From positions 22,630,001-22,663,000 of the forward strand of contig NC_082731.1 in assembly GCF_030144855.1 (NCBI RefSeq): a DNA stretch of 33,000 nucleotides, read 5' to 3'. The notes under the pieces are model-generated. The model searched no databases. It was not told the DNA's origin and saw nothing but the letters and a program-made list of their open reading frames with translations. This stretch comes from Hypanus sabinus (taxonomy: Eukaryota). Both the position numbers and the translations under genes were made by a program. Shown here piece by piece: positions 11,185 through 23,621 of the stretch; the first letter of the stretch is position 1; every line of letters starts with the position of its first letter.

Positions 11185-14100
11185 ATACCAACGGCGGAGC
11201 AAGGTAATGGATTATATTAAGCCGGAGTAACTGCTGGGTGAGCTCCTAGTACATCCGGGCTCACTGTCGCAGAAAATCAGACTAGAAACTAGATATAGAA
11301 GGTTTATGATTTTTCTGCTCCTTTTTTAAATGGATGGAACTCGGGAGAATGTTCATAAATAGGCTCATTTGATTGAAGAAACTTTGAAATACAGTTTGTG
11401 GTTCTTCAATAAATTGGATGAAATGGCAAACAATCCATAGTCACCAAAACCTAAAACTAAGATGGAAAAGAGAAAACATAAGAATAGTAGTAGATTCTAC
11501 TTCCCACTCCCCTCTCTTCTCCTGCGTGATTCCATCCGAATATTTTAGACGTCGGGCTGCTAGATGATCCTGTTATGGAAATTGCAATGTTTTTTACGGC
11601 TACTGAGAAAAAATAGGCCAGGGCAGCTGCGAAGACAAATTGACTTGTCTCAGCCCTGTTTCGCGAAATAGCTTATCGCATAAAATCTGGTTTCCATATT
11701 CATTGCCCCGAGTACTGGTAGTGGTTAAACTACAGTGAAACAGGAGCAGTTACATCCTCTGGACATTACACAGGAGGAAGTGGTACTCACCCCATCACGG
11801 ATACACAGAGTAGAATCTATTGAGCAGCAACAGGACATAGCGATGACCATATGGAATGTGAAGTTCATAATGAACAAGGATTCACGGTACCCCGGGAAAC
11901 AGATGTGGATTGGATACCGAATGCAGCTGGTGGTGAATGTATCCACAGTATGCTGACATACATGGTTAGAGCAGACCATTGGCACAATCCTAGTTAAGCC
12001 AAAGAGCAAAGTGATATTCGTGAGGTCACGAGATGAAAACGAAAACCAGTGAGACAGTGACTAATTAAATTTTACGGCGTGGGAATATAGTGCAAGAATG
12101 GAACTGGAATAGATTGGATCTTTAGAATTTCTTTATTTGTCAACGACCCGAAGTAGCACACTCACTTATGTTGATGATGAATATAAGAAAAAAGCCCGAG
12201 AACAAGCAGGTGAGTGTTATAAACTTTGCTTTCAGTGACTTTTTTGACCTGAAGGGATAGCCGCCGACATTCATATTTTATATTGTCAGATAAATTACTT
12301 CCTTGAGTGGCACTACACCGTACCTCATGTATCACTAAGAATAACCCCCACTCTATGTTTAAGTATTTTGAGACAGAGAGTGAAATGGTTAAAATAGCTA
12401 AATCTGGGCACCGTTCTGATTGTCCATCTACATCCCTGCGCAGGAAGTCAGTTAACACCTGTGCGCTTTACGTATAATCAACAATCATATTCCTGTACTA
12501 GATTTGTCTCAGGGCTGTACTGATTTCCCAGCGACATGTGCAGCTCCCATACACTCACTGTTGCCAGCCACACGTGTCATTTCATAATATTTTTTCCTCC
12601 GTATGACAGAGCAGTCCTCCGCTCATCACACACATACTGGAGTGGTAATGATAAATATTTTAAATAATCTCCATTTTTGGCGTAATAGTTTCCATTCCAA
12701 ATGCAAGCAGTCCGGCTTGTTGGTGGCTTGTGCAAGAATTGAGAGATGTGAAATAACTCGTCAGACCAATTTCCCCGTTATACCGAATACAAATGTCCTT
12801 TAGACCGTTCTTCTATCTGAAACTGTATGATACCCGAAGATTCAACTCTACCTCGTCTTTTTCTAAGTATTTCCGCACGGGGACAGCAAATCACAGTGCA
12901 CCACTGCGTGTAATGAATAATAATATACTTGCCTGATATTGTCTCAGGGCTATACACTCCTTCCAGTGATATATGCAGCTACCGTAAACTTCACTGCAGC
13001 CAGACACGCGCATCATTTACACTCTGCCTCCTCCTCTATGCCACATGCAGTCCTGCACTCATCCATCCATACTGATGAGGATCAAGCAACCTTTACATTG
13101 GAAACTGTCTGCAGTTAACTGATAATGTAACCGTAGTCTTTGGCCTGCAGAGGATGTTGCCATGTTGTGCCCAGATTCCATAGACTGTTTACACCGTTAA
13201 CCATTACATTCTCCAGTTTGCGGCGCAGCAAGTGTCTTTGAGATACACAGTTCCCGCTTGCTCCATACAAAGCAAGGGGCTCTTTCTAGTCCCTTCCCAA
13301 TATGTGAGCTGCTTGTTCTTAGTCTTTTCATTAGGGCTCAGTGCAAACAGTAGCCTTCAATCTGGCCTTGTCATGGAGCCTCGACAACTGATCACAACGG
13401 GGAATATCTTTTTATCTACGTCTGACAACGTTTGTCCCTACGATCAGGAACTAAGTATTGGTATTTCAGGACCCTTGCCTCGTGAGCCCCCCTCGCATTC
13501 CTCTACCCATGGCACTGTGTCCTCCTTCAGCATTATCTTTTACCTTTGCTTTTGTTGTCTTTTGTAGACCATAGCAAGATCTCAAGTTACCACAACCTCT
13601 GTGAAATGCATCTTTATCTCCTATTACTTGGCAGTTGGCAGCAGACTGGTGTTTGACGTTTTTGACAGCACTAGCATTGTCTCTCCTTGATAAAAAAAAA
13701 TGTTCTGTGTTCCTCTCCGCCATGTGGTCCCACTTTACACCTCTGCTGTTCCAGTGTGTCTGCAAGGGATATCTGGACTTTATACTGATGCTACCGATAA
13801 TGTCTTGTGTTAAATCTGTTATGTATCTTGAGGTACTGTGCGACAATGTTTCTCGCAGATGATAAAGCAGGCAGTTATATTTCTCTCTCATACCCTTGCG
13901 TGCAGTTGTGATCGTTTTGGGAGAAAGTTATATAATGACAGCATGCCAGAACGAAAAGCCATATGCTGCAGGCTCCAATCTCAGACCTAGTATTCAAGGC
14001 TTGAGAAAATCCTTTTTCGTCCGGTGAGCCGAACATAAATGCCATTGCTGTAAGTTTTACTTCCTCGCTGTCCTGTACCTCTGTCTAAAACACGTCACAT

Positions 14101-15779
14101 CTCTCACATGCACTTGCCCTCTCCCATAGTGGGAAATGTTCCTAGTCGGTCGTTGTCGTTTCTGGAATGGGTTGTTAATGACGTATCCCAATTGCTAAAA
14201 GTTCAATGCCCTGTCTATGGCCGAGCTGACGGACGACTTTCGGCCCGATCTTTTTATAACTCCTGCTAAGTTTATTTACTTATCATCGGAATCTCGTACT
14301 GCAAGCACAACTCTACACATTGTTACCTTTCGGAACCCCTCTACTGATGAAAACGGGAGCTGTTGCTGGCCTGTTCATATGTAGGGACCAGCTGAAGAAA
14401 AATTTGGGGGAATTCCCATTCTCCTTCTCATGTACTTGTTGTCTTTACTCCTGATGCATTCTACAAAAGCCACGGGGATCTTAGAAACGTCGAAACTAGA
14501 GCAGACATGGAATAGATGATTTTGCTACAACCATGTTTGAACTTTAACAGAGGTCCAGTTCTGTCGATCTTGTGCAGAAACTCTTCGACCTGCGTAAGTG
14601 TGTCGGTGGATTCGTCTGAAGGCGAGTCGAACGTGTCGGATCAGGTGATCTAGATCAGGTATGGATGGCATAGCTGGTCGAGAAAAGTCGTATTTCATTG
14701 GTTGGATAGACATTTGATTGGCATCTTCATCTCCACAGCATCAGTCGTACAAACTGCAGTTCCTGTATAGTTGCACATCCAGTAGAGCGGAGAATAGAAG
14801 TCTTTGAGGGTGAAGTTGTCATCTTTTGTGATGTAGTGCACAACAGTCGCCAACGATTGAGAAGCTGTGACTGCAAGGATTGCAATGCGCTTCCTGGAGA
14901 ATTGCCATTATTTCTAGTTGGTCAGTTCCATGCTGTATAACTTGCTCGGCGGTAGAAGTTTAATGAACTAGCTTAAACCGGGATTCTCAGGTTTTCTGGA
15001 ATTCATTTGGGATAATGACCCACTAAAGATTATTTCGTTTAAAATATGAACCGGAATAGAAAGGAACAGAAAGCATGACGTTGTGCATTATGGCGGTGAA
15101 GTCTATGAAACTTCACATCCCCTATAGATTTCACCTATCATTCTGCCCGGAGACCTCAACCCGTTCCTCTCTGCATGCAGGTCGTCAGAGCGTGTATCGG
15201 ACTCATTATGTTGCAGAAGAGGTACAGTCACTGTAAGGGCTGCGGAGGGAGGTTTCATGTTTCTCCATTCCGGCTAAAACAGCAGTCATTTGGATGTTTG
15301 GAAATGACAACAATTGCTTAGAACCATTTTGTTCACTTCTATATAGCCTGACAGAGCTAAAATGATTGGGGAAATAGGCTGGTGCGATAGGCGCACAAGC
15401 ATATTGTTGGACTGACGAGGGACAAAAATGATCATCGCATTGACATTCATAGCAGTTTTCCCGCTCCCATATTTCTGACAATCAATCTGCTTTGCAAACG
15501 ATTATATTTTATGCGTCATATTTTCGAAAGATTCAGAAAAACAATGAAAAAAAAAAGAAAAACAACAACAACTTGGGCAAAACAAATTAGAAGTTGAGAT
15601 GTTTTGCTCCGGTGACATGTCATTGAAAAGAGCATAATTCGGTATATTCAGAAAATTCGTTTTCATCAGTTGCATCAATACAACGCGGAGTACGGCCTGA
15701 GAAACCTTGAGGCATCCTGTCCCTGCAACGACAGTCAAAACTGATTATCTCTAGCTGAATATGGAACTAGCTACATTTT

Positions 15780-15965
15780 CCATTTAACCTACCCCGTACA
15801 CTTTTGGATTTCTAAGGAAACCTGAGTATCCGGGGAAACGGCACGTATTCGTTCGTGACGACGCAGGAAGAGTATTTAAAACTCAGCGCCGGAACCGAAA
15901 AACGTTCTCTGAATTGACCCGAACAATAGTAAAGCCGTGCTAACCACGAGTCTGCCTGTTGCCCA
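15780..15965 (-). mobile_element. Decayed tRNA-derived SINE (V-SINE/HE1-like)
   Basis: The + strand reads AACCTACCCCGTACACTTTTGGA..GGAAACCTGAGTATCCGGGGAAAC..GCTAACCACG. This is the reverse complement of the V-SINE core GTTTCCTCCGGGTGCTCCGGTTTCC..CCAAAGACGTACGGG plus a head. Confidence 0.55.
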
Positions 15966-15989
15966 AGTGAATAGAGTGAAACAAAAAAA

Positions 15990-16350
15990 GTGCTAGAGAG
16001 GAAAGATAATTTTATTTTTTAAGAAGAAACCACAGAAACAGACGGTTATGGACTCATATGCCGAGTGCTAGAGCGGTATCGAATTATGCAAACTATAATA
16101 AAAACAAAAGACTGAAGAAAAAAGACGTCCGATATGTCAAGGAAACAGAAAGAGACAATTGAATATAGGGAGAGATGGATGGGCAGATAAAGCCAGGGAC
16201 ATGGAAGAGTACAGAGGACAGAAGGACAGATGACGAAATTTGGGGAGAAGAGAATAATGCAGAATTCAACAGTAAGGTGTACAGGGATATTGACGCAGGT
16301 ATAAATTGAGAAAGGGAGCGTGAGTTTGACGGAGATGGAGATGAAGTGAA
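15990..16350. repeat. Purine-rich low-complexity tract (paralog at 25790-26110)
   Basis: Degenerate GA/AGA-rich sequence. The hydrophobic antisense ORFs here are a by-product of composition. Confidence 0.6.
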
Positions 16351-17360
16351 AGAGCAAGAGCTGTATAGCTAAACGATATGCATTATTTGTGCTACTTACC
16401 GATTAAATTGGTAGCGCTGCCCGGTGTGTATCTGTAAAAAATAGCAGTCTTTATACCGTCGGTCTCTTGAATTCCAGGGTTGCTGAATATTCTGGTCTCT
16501 TTTATCAAGGAAGAGCAAGACGGCTGCCCACTGCAATACGTTGGCTCAGGCGTTTCGGCTAAATTAATAGTTGAAAATCAGCAGACAAAACATTAGAATA
16601 TAGATACCTGAAAGGGCATGTTTTATTTCTATTTTCCTTCATGAGAATTATAGAAATAGCTGCTGCAAAATGCTTAAGTTTTTCCATAACATCTGGGCAG
16701 GTTTTACGCTGAGCTGCAGAAAGAGAGGTTATATTCGGGGCCACTCTACCGTATTGTGCCCTATATCTCCACGACAGCCAACTCAATCTATCGTGGCAGG
16801 TGCTCTCAGAACGCTACCCAGGGTACTGGTAAGCTCAATTGGTTTCAACTGGTAAGCTGAAACATAAAACAATTATGAAATGAAGTAATGACAGGATGTT
16901 GACACACACACAAAGAAACCCAAACAGAAACACAGACACAAACGCGCGCGCCCGGGCACGGTAGTACAGAGACAGACATCGGGATTCAGTTACTGATGCG
17001 CGGAGATTGAATGAGTATTGGAAAGAGCAAAAGGAAAGAAACCGAGGAGCAGTGATAATTAAACACTATAATACGGATAATAGCTCTATAGTTTGGGACT
17101 GCAGTTCTTCTATGACATGCTCGATATATTTCAGAATTGTTTGCCTCTTTAGAAAACCCAAGATATTTGTTCTATATACATATGTCTCAGGAAGTGACGT
17201 TCGTTTGAGAATTGCCCTTGCCTTATCGGTGCTTTAGTGAAAGCCGGCAAAAAGATCTCTTTTATTACTCCACCTTATATCGCTTTGGCATGTCTATCAG
17301 CTGTGTGAGAGCTACAGGCCGATGTCGTTAGAATGTTATCTCAGTCAGGGAACGGGCAAC

Positions 17361-17477
17361 ATGGATTGGGAAACTTCGTCACTATTGATGATCAAGCCAA
17401 TGTTTACATGAACAGATGTGACATCGCTAAAACTGTGCAAGATGTCTCGCCAGTCAAAAGCCACTTCACCGACAATC
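17361..17477 (+). pseudogene. Candidate fragmentary relic of a paralog of the 27.3-kb V exon
   Basis: Three colinear, in-frame matches to that V at the syntenic position: GGAAACTTCGTCACT (GNFVT vs GNSVT), GATCAAGCC (DQA) and CAAAAGCCACTTCA..GACAATC (KSHF..DN vs KSRF..DN). Confidence 0.35.
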
Positions 17478-17559
17478 TACTTCTCTTTCTCGTTCTTTAC
17501 CTGCTTCTAATCAGTACCTCTATAACACCGCTACTTAGAGCTCAGGAGCAGCACAATAT

Positions 17560-18360
17560 ATCGTCTTTATTCTCTTCCTTTCCCCACATATATCCTTCTT
17601 TTTCTACGCATTCACACATTTTGTTTACGAATCAGGGGCTGCAGTGTTCGAGTTGCTTGTTGGAAACACAGAAGGAATGTGTCAAGGAATGGGAAAGTTA
17701 ACAGTGCCTTTCATTGCAAAGATGCAGTCTGGAACGGGACTGGAGATGTGCTTGACCGCATCTCCGATATGGGACATAGCGTGTCGTTCACAGAGCGGTG
17801 GAAGGCAGTCGTCTTGAGCCCAGACCGACTGGCATCATGTCAGTCTTTGGACAACACTAACCCAGCGAGGCTGAAGGAACGAAGTGACACATCGAGTGCC
17901 CTGCCTTTTGCCTCATACAAATGGGCAGCAGTGTTAAAGCATATCGGAACTTTTGGACATTGCTATAGACTCGAAGGTTGCCATTGGCTGTTGATCCCTT
18001 GGTGGGAGCACTGTGCCTTTCCAGGAGCGGGCATGATCGGCAGGCTTCCCCTGCATTTCTAATGACCAGTACTGTTTATTATTATTCTGTTAAGATGTTT
18101 TTGTGGGATTATGGTGGGAACAGATCGTTTATTGTTACATTTTCGCTCTGGTTATTCTGTTACTTGTTTGTGTATTTGTGGGTCATCCTAATTGTTACCG
18201 GGATGTATGATGGTCCTTCACTTTTCGGTGTCAGACATGTTGGGGTTCACTCTGCGGGTCACGGGGCCTGCTCTGTTTATCTCTATCACAATAAAACTGT
18301 TGCCGAGTTAACGAGCTTCATTGTCTGTCTTTATGGACCAAGTAATCGCCATAATATTAT
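17560..18360 (+). mobile_element. Possible solo-LTR-like insertion between duplication copies
   Basis: About 800 bp with no counterpart in the other duplication copy. It has a T-rich segment, AATAAA at ~18290 and a short U5-like tail. The termini and family are not established. Confidence 0.3.
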
Positions 18361-21300
18361 ATTTTTAATATGGAAACCAGTTTGCAGTTTAATTGGTGAC
18401 CCTGGATTTCAGTAGAATCCATTCCCAGAAAGAATGCGTGTAATTGCTTATCTTGTAAGTATTTGATCCAAGGATATGAGAAAAGTTGTTTGACAATGCA
18501 ATTAGTACAGAAGCAGGAATTTTGAAATTTGGTCGGTTGATATGGGAACTGCACGTGTACGTAGACTATCTTATTTCTTCTTTTTTTTCAATTCATAATT
18601 TTCGGAAAGTCTGCATGTGAAATCGATTTGTACACCCATAAGGTTAACTGTGCTCATTGTTTTAATTTGTGTTCGAAAAACATTGTTGGAGAACCCACTG
18701 CCCACGATATCGTGAAGAAAACTCTCTTCACCTCGATATCCGTGTCTTTTTTAATTGCGATTAAATTTCATCGAATTATTTTAGCAGATTAATGTCACAA
18801 CAATTGGGCGACGGTATAAGGTCCCTTTAGATACGGCATCCAAATGAAATCCGAAGAAAATAACTCTTTCTGACAATATGAACTTCGAAATGAATTTTGA
18901 AATACAGTATGTATTTTTTAATAAATTCGAAGACGTGGCCAAAGAGCAAAGCCACCAAATCCTAAACTTGAGAAGGAATGTACAAAACACAAAAATCTGA
19001 GAAGATCATTCTCACCCCCTCACTCTATCTCCCCCTGAGTGATTCCATCCCAAAATTCAACATGACGGACTGCTAGAAGTACCTATTTGGGAATAGCAAC
19101 ATTTGACACGGCTGCTGCACAACATCGTAGCTGCGATGACAAATGCAATTGTCTCAGATCTATTCCGTGAACTAGCTTCTATCAGAGGAACATTTTTTCC
19201 AATTCGATGCCTCGAGTACAAGTAATGTTTTAACTCCCGTGGAACAAGAGCAGTTACATTCTAAGGACATTACACAGGATGTAGTGGTGCGCATCTGGTC
19301 ACAGACAAAAAGCAGTAGCAGGACATAACGATTTCCGCATGTAATGTGTGTTACATGATAGTAGAAGAATGTACGGTACCCCGGGGAGCAAATGGGGATT
19401 GGGTGCGCAGTCCATATGGAGGAGAACGGAACGTCACTATGCAGACACACTTGATTAGAACCGACCAATGAAACATCATAGTTGACATAAGCAGCAAACT
19501 GATTTTCGGAGGTCACTAGATGAAAACGAAAATGAATGATCCTGCAAAAGATTAGATCTTCCTTTTCAAAGATGCGTGGGAAAATATTACAGGAATGCTA
19601 CTGGAACTGATTGGATCTTTCAATGGTAAAAACATTGCTTTGATCCATCAATGATCGGAGCTAGCACACTCAATTATATTTATGTTAAAAATAAGGAAAA
19701 GCCAAAGCACATGCCTGACGGCATTTAATCTTTATTTTCAATGTTTTTCGTTTGGAGCTGAAGGGATAGCTGCCGATATACAGCTTTCTAACGTTCTCAG
19801 ATTACTTCCTGGAAGGGGATAACATCGTATCTCATATATCACTGGGAATAAAAACAACTCTAACCTCAAGTATTTGAGTCAGGTAGTGAAACGGTTAAAA
19901 TAGAAAATTTTAGCACCGATCTGATTGGCGATCTAGGTACTTGCGCCACAGGTCTTTACTGACAGTCCAACGAAATATGTAGCTACCTTACACTTTACTG
20001 CAGCCAACCACACGTGCTATTTTATAATATGCCTCAATGTATATGACACACTCAGTCCTCCACTCATTCTTCCATGGGCCTATACCACAATTATAATGAT
20101 GAATCGTCAGAAGAATCTCAATTTTAGTTACAATATGTCCCATTCCAAATGTAGACAGCACAGATGACTGGTGGTTTGTATAAGATGTGCGAGATTTCAG
20201 CAAGATAGCGCATCCCATTTCTCCGGTTATACCTATCATAAATGCTATGTTGACTGTTCTGTTCTCTGAACCTCGATGGAGCACGGTGATTCATCACTTC
20301 TCCAACGTGTTCTAAGTCTTTCTGCACGAGAACATGCATTACCTGTGCGCCATTACGTATGAAGAACAATAATATTTATGGCCGAGATTGTCTTTGGGCA
20401 ACAATGACCGCCCAGAGATGTTTCCAGCTGTCATACTCTTCAATGCTGCCTGGCATACGTATAATTTTATACTGCTCCTCTACGCATAAGAAGCACCTAT
20501 TCCACTCTCATCCGCCCTTACCGATGTGGATCAAACAACATGCGTTTAACACCAGGTACTCTCTTCAGTTAAATGATAATGTAAATGTAGCCTTTACACT
20601 GAAGATGATGTCGTCAGGTGGTGCCCAGCTTTCACAGAGTGTTTCTGTGCTAACTACTCCACTCTCGAGCTGGCGCGCCAGGAAGTCACTACCCATGAAA
20701 CACTGACTTCCAGATTCGCACCTCTCGCATGCACTATATCCAGAAAGCGGATCGTTCTGCTTCCTCCCCACAGTATGTGAGATACTAATTATTGGTCTTT
20801 TCGTTGAGGTCCAGCGCAGACAGAATCATCCGAGCTTACTTTCTCTGGAAGCCCGACAGCTGATATAGACGAAAAATAGCCATGTCTGACAAACTTTGCC
20901 CTTATGCTCACGCATTGGCTCTTCAGGGACTTCCGCCTGTGATCCTCAATGCATCTTTCCACGCAAGGTTCTGTGATTTCCAAAAGGATGATTTTTTTTT
21001 GTCTTTGTTTTTGTTGTATTTTGCAGTCGGTAGTACGATTTCTGCTTTGTACTAATTCCGTGAAATGCAGCTTCCTCATCACATCAACTTTCATCTACTA
21101 TCATTTAGCGGCTTGCAGAAGACTGGTTTTCGGCCCGTCTGATGGCACTGGCATTGACTCTCATTGATGAAAATGACTTTCCAAGACATTTCTCTGGGTT
21201 GCCATCAGTCGACAAAAGGACTTCCGTTCGTACTTGAGGGCACAATATGCTAGTAGACACGCCTTTTTATATCACCTTGTATCTGGAATTCTTGGCTAAG

Positions 21301-21894
21301 CAGTTAGCTACCTAGTGATCCCAGCTCAACTGGTTACGTGTCCAGAGCTTTCAATGTCTATTTTGCGTGGAAATGGGTCGCTGCAGTTATTGTGATGTCA
21401 TCTGTGAACCCCCGCATGCTGTGCTCCAAGAAAGCTAACCTATGTTGCTGCTAATATGAGGATATAGAAATTAGTGAAAATCAAGATGGCGGAGATGGTG
21501 CGGCCAACTGGAATCTGTTTTTAGATGTTCTGCCACTTGAATGTAAGGTGGGTGGAACTGAAGCGCCGTTGAATCCTCCTAGGTAACTATTAATCATGTT
21601 TTGCCTTGCTGGTATGATAGAGCAGTGGTCCAGGACGGTCTGGATGAGGACTTGTAGTATTGAACAGTTGGCGTTGGCGAGATTTCACCAGTTAACTGCT
21701 AGGCTGCCTTTCATTTGCCTGGCCTCCCGAAGCAAATGGCTAATAATTGATATGTATGCAAGAAACACTGAAAACACGCGGAATATCACATTTCTGGTTG
21801 GAGGTGCTGAAAAGCTGCGTCTCCATTGAGGGGATTTCATTACAAGACAATGAACCTATAGAAATTGCAGGGACAGTTAATGCCAAAAGAAAAC

Positions 21895-23621
21895 AGACAA
21901 TAGGTGCAGGAGTAGGTTATTCAGCCATTCGAGACATCACCTCCATTTACTGTGGTCATGGCTGATCATATGCAATCAGTACCCCGTTCCTGCCTTCTCT
22001 CTATAAGGCTGCCTCCGAAATCCTGAAGAGATCTATCTAACTCTTTCTCGAAATCATGAAGATAATTGACCTCCACTGCCTTCTGAGGCAGTGGATTTCA
22101 CAGATCCACAAAACTGTGGGTGAAAAAGGTTTTTCCTCAACTCCGTTCTCAATGGCCTACCCATGATTCTTAAAATGTGACCTCTGGTTCTGGACTCCTC
22201 CAATATCGGGAATATGTTTCCTGCATCTAGCCAGTCCCTTTATAATCTGTTACGTTTCAATCTGATCCCCTCCCATCCTTCTAAATTCTCGTGTATACAA
22301 CGCCAGTCGCTCAAATCTTTCAACATATGACGGTGCCTCCAACCCGGGAATTAACCTCTTGAATCTCCGATGCACTCCCTCAATATTAAGAATTTTCCTC
22401 CTCTAATTTGGATACCAAAACTGCACACAATACTCCAGGTGTGTTCTCACCAGAGCCCTGCAGAACGGCAGAAGGACTTTTTTGCTCCTATACTCAACTC
22501 CCCTTGTGACGGTCAACGTGCCATTAGATTTCGTCACTGCCTGCGGTATCTGCATGCTTACTTTCAGTGACGGTTGAAGAGGGACACATAGGTTTCGGTG
22601 TACTTCCCTTTTTCCTAACATGACACCATTCAAATAGTACTCCGCCTTCCTTTCATTTTGACCAAAGTGGATAAACTCACATTTATCAACAATAAAATAA
22701 TTTGCCATGCATCAGCCCACTTACTAAACCTGTCCAAGGTACACTGCATTCTGATAACGTCTTCCTTCCATTTCACAATGCAATCCAGCTTTGTGTCATC
22801 TGCAAATTTGCTAATGTTACTTTTAATCTCTTCATCCAAGTCATTAATGCATATTGTAAATATCTGCGGTCCCAGCACCGTACCTTGTGGTACCACAGCA
22901 GTCACTGCCTGCCACTCTGAAAAGGACCTGTTAATCATTACTGTTTGTTTCCTATCTGCTAACAAGTTTTCAATCCACTCCTGTACCTTACATCCAATAC
23001 CATGTGCTCTAATGTTGACACTAATCTCCTATGTGGGACCTAATCAAATGAGGTTTGGAAGACAAAGTACACAAAATCCACTGACTCTCCCTTTAATATT
23101 TACAAAGTTACATCCTCAAGAAATTCCAGAATGTTAGTCATGCATGATTTCCCCTTCGTAAATCCATATTCATTCGGACCGATCCTGTTAATGCTAACCA
23201 AATGTGCCGAAATTTCATCTTTCATAATTGACTCCAGCATCTTCCCTTCAACTGATGTCAGGCTAATTCGCCTTACAATTCCCTGTTTTACCTATCTTTC
23301 CTTTCTTAAAACATGGGATAACATTATCTACACTACAATCCTCAGGAATTGATCCTGAATTTATACAACATTGGAAAATGTTTATCAATGAGTCCACGAT
23401 TTTTGGAACCACCTCTTTAACTACGCCCAGAAGCAGACTATCAGGCTCTGGGGATTTATCAGTCAGCCCCATCAATCTACCTAACACCATTTTCTGCCTA
23501 ATGAGAATTTCGTTCAGTTCCTCCGTTGCGCTAGGTCCTCTGGCCACTGTTACACCTGGGAGATCGTTTGTGTCTTTTCTAGTGAAGTCAGGGCCAAAGT
23601 ACCTGTTCGACTCGTCTGCCT
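21895..23621 (-). mobile_element. 5'-truncated CR1 LINE (RT domain and 3' end)
   Basis: ADESNRYFGPDFTRKD, DKSPEPD, VIPCFKKG, VPQGTVLGPQIFTICINDLD..ISKFADDTKL and LVRTHLEYCVQFW. The chondrichthyan CR1 3' terminus (+ strand ACAATAGGTGCAGGAGTAGG..) is at ~21897. Confidence 0.92.

Larger units (their letters stand above)
6145..17310 (+). repeat. Segmental duplication, copy A (interrupted by TEs)
   Basis: Colinear homology blocks with copy B: 6145-6590/18435-18880, 11380-13720/18890-21180, 14610-14910/24120-24410, 15120-15460/25040-25370, 16550-17310/26140-26880. Identity is roughly 65-78% by eye. Confidence 0.85.

Noticed and set aside
12170-12215. Perfect donor CAG|GTGAGT at ~12209
   Set aside because: The upstream frame is not leader-like and the donor is not conserved in the paralog.
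12892-12898. CACAGTG heptamer
   Set aside because: No nonamer at 12 or 23 nt, and it is only partly conserved in the paralog (ACCTGTG).
13513-13519. CACTGTG (J-type or inverted heptamer)
   Set aside because: No GGTTTTTGT-like nonamer upstream and no FGxG J coding sequence after it.
13466-13891. 141-aa minus-strand ORF
   Set aside because: The frame is not preserved in the paralogous block and no motif is recognised.
13950-14140. Possible CR1 3'UTR fragment
   Set aside because: Similarity is too patchy to support a call by eye.
18009-18015. CACTGTG heptamer
   Set aside because: No nonamer, and it lies in an LTR-like insertion.
17978-18415. 145-aa hydrophobic ORF resembling a membrane protein
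   Set aside because: It derives from T-rich LTR-like sequence, with no recognisable family or exon structure.
21117-21150. RRLVFGPSDGTG as a J segment
   Set aside because: It lacks the FGxG spacing, a 5' RSS and a 3' splice donor, and the paralog reads RLVFD.
21478-21850. CAAGATGGCGG start suggestive of an L1/Tx1 5' end
   Set aside because: A single short motif with no supporting ORF similarity.
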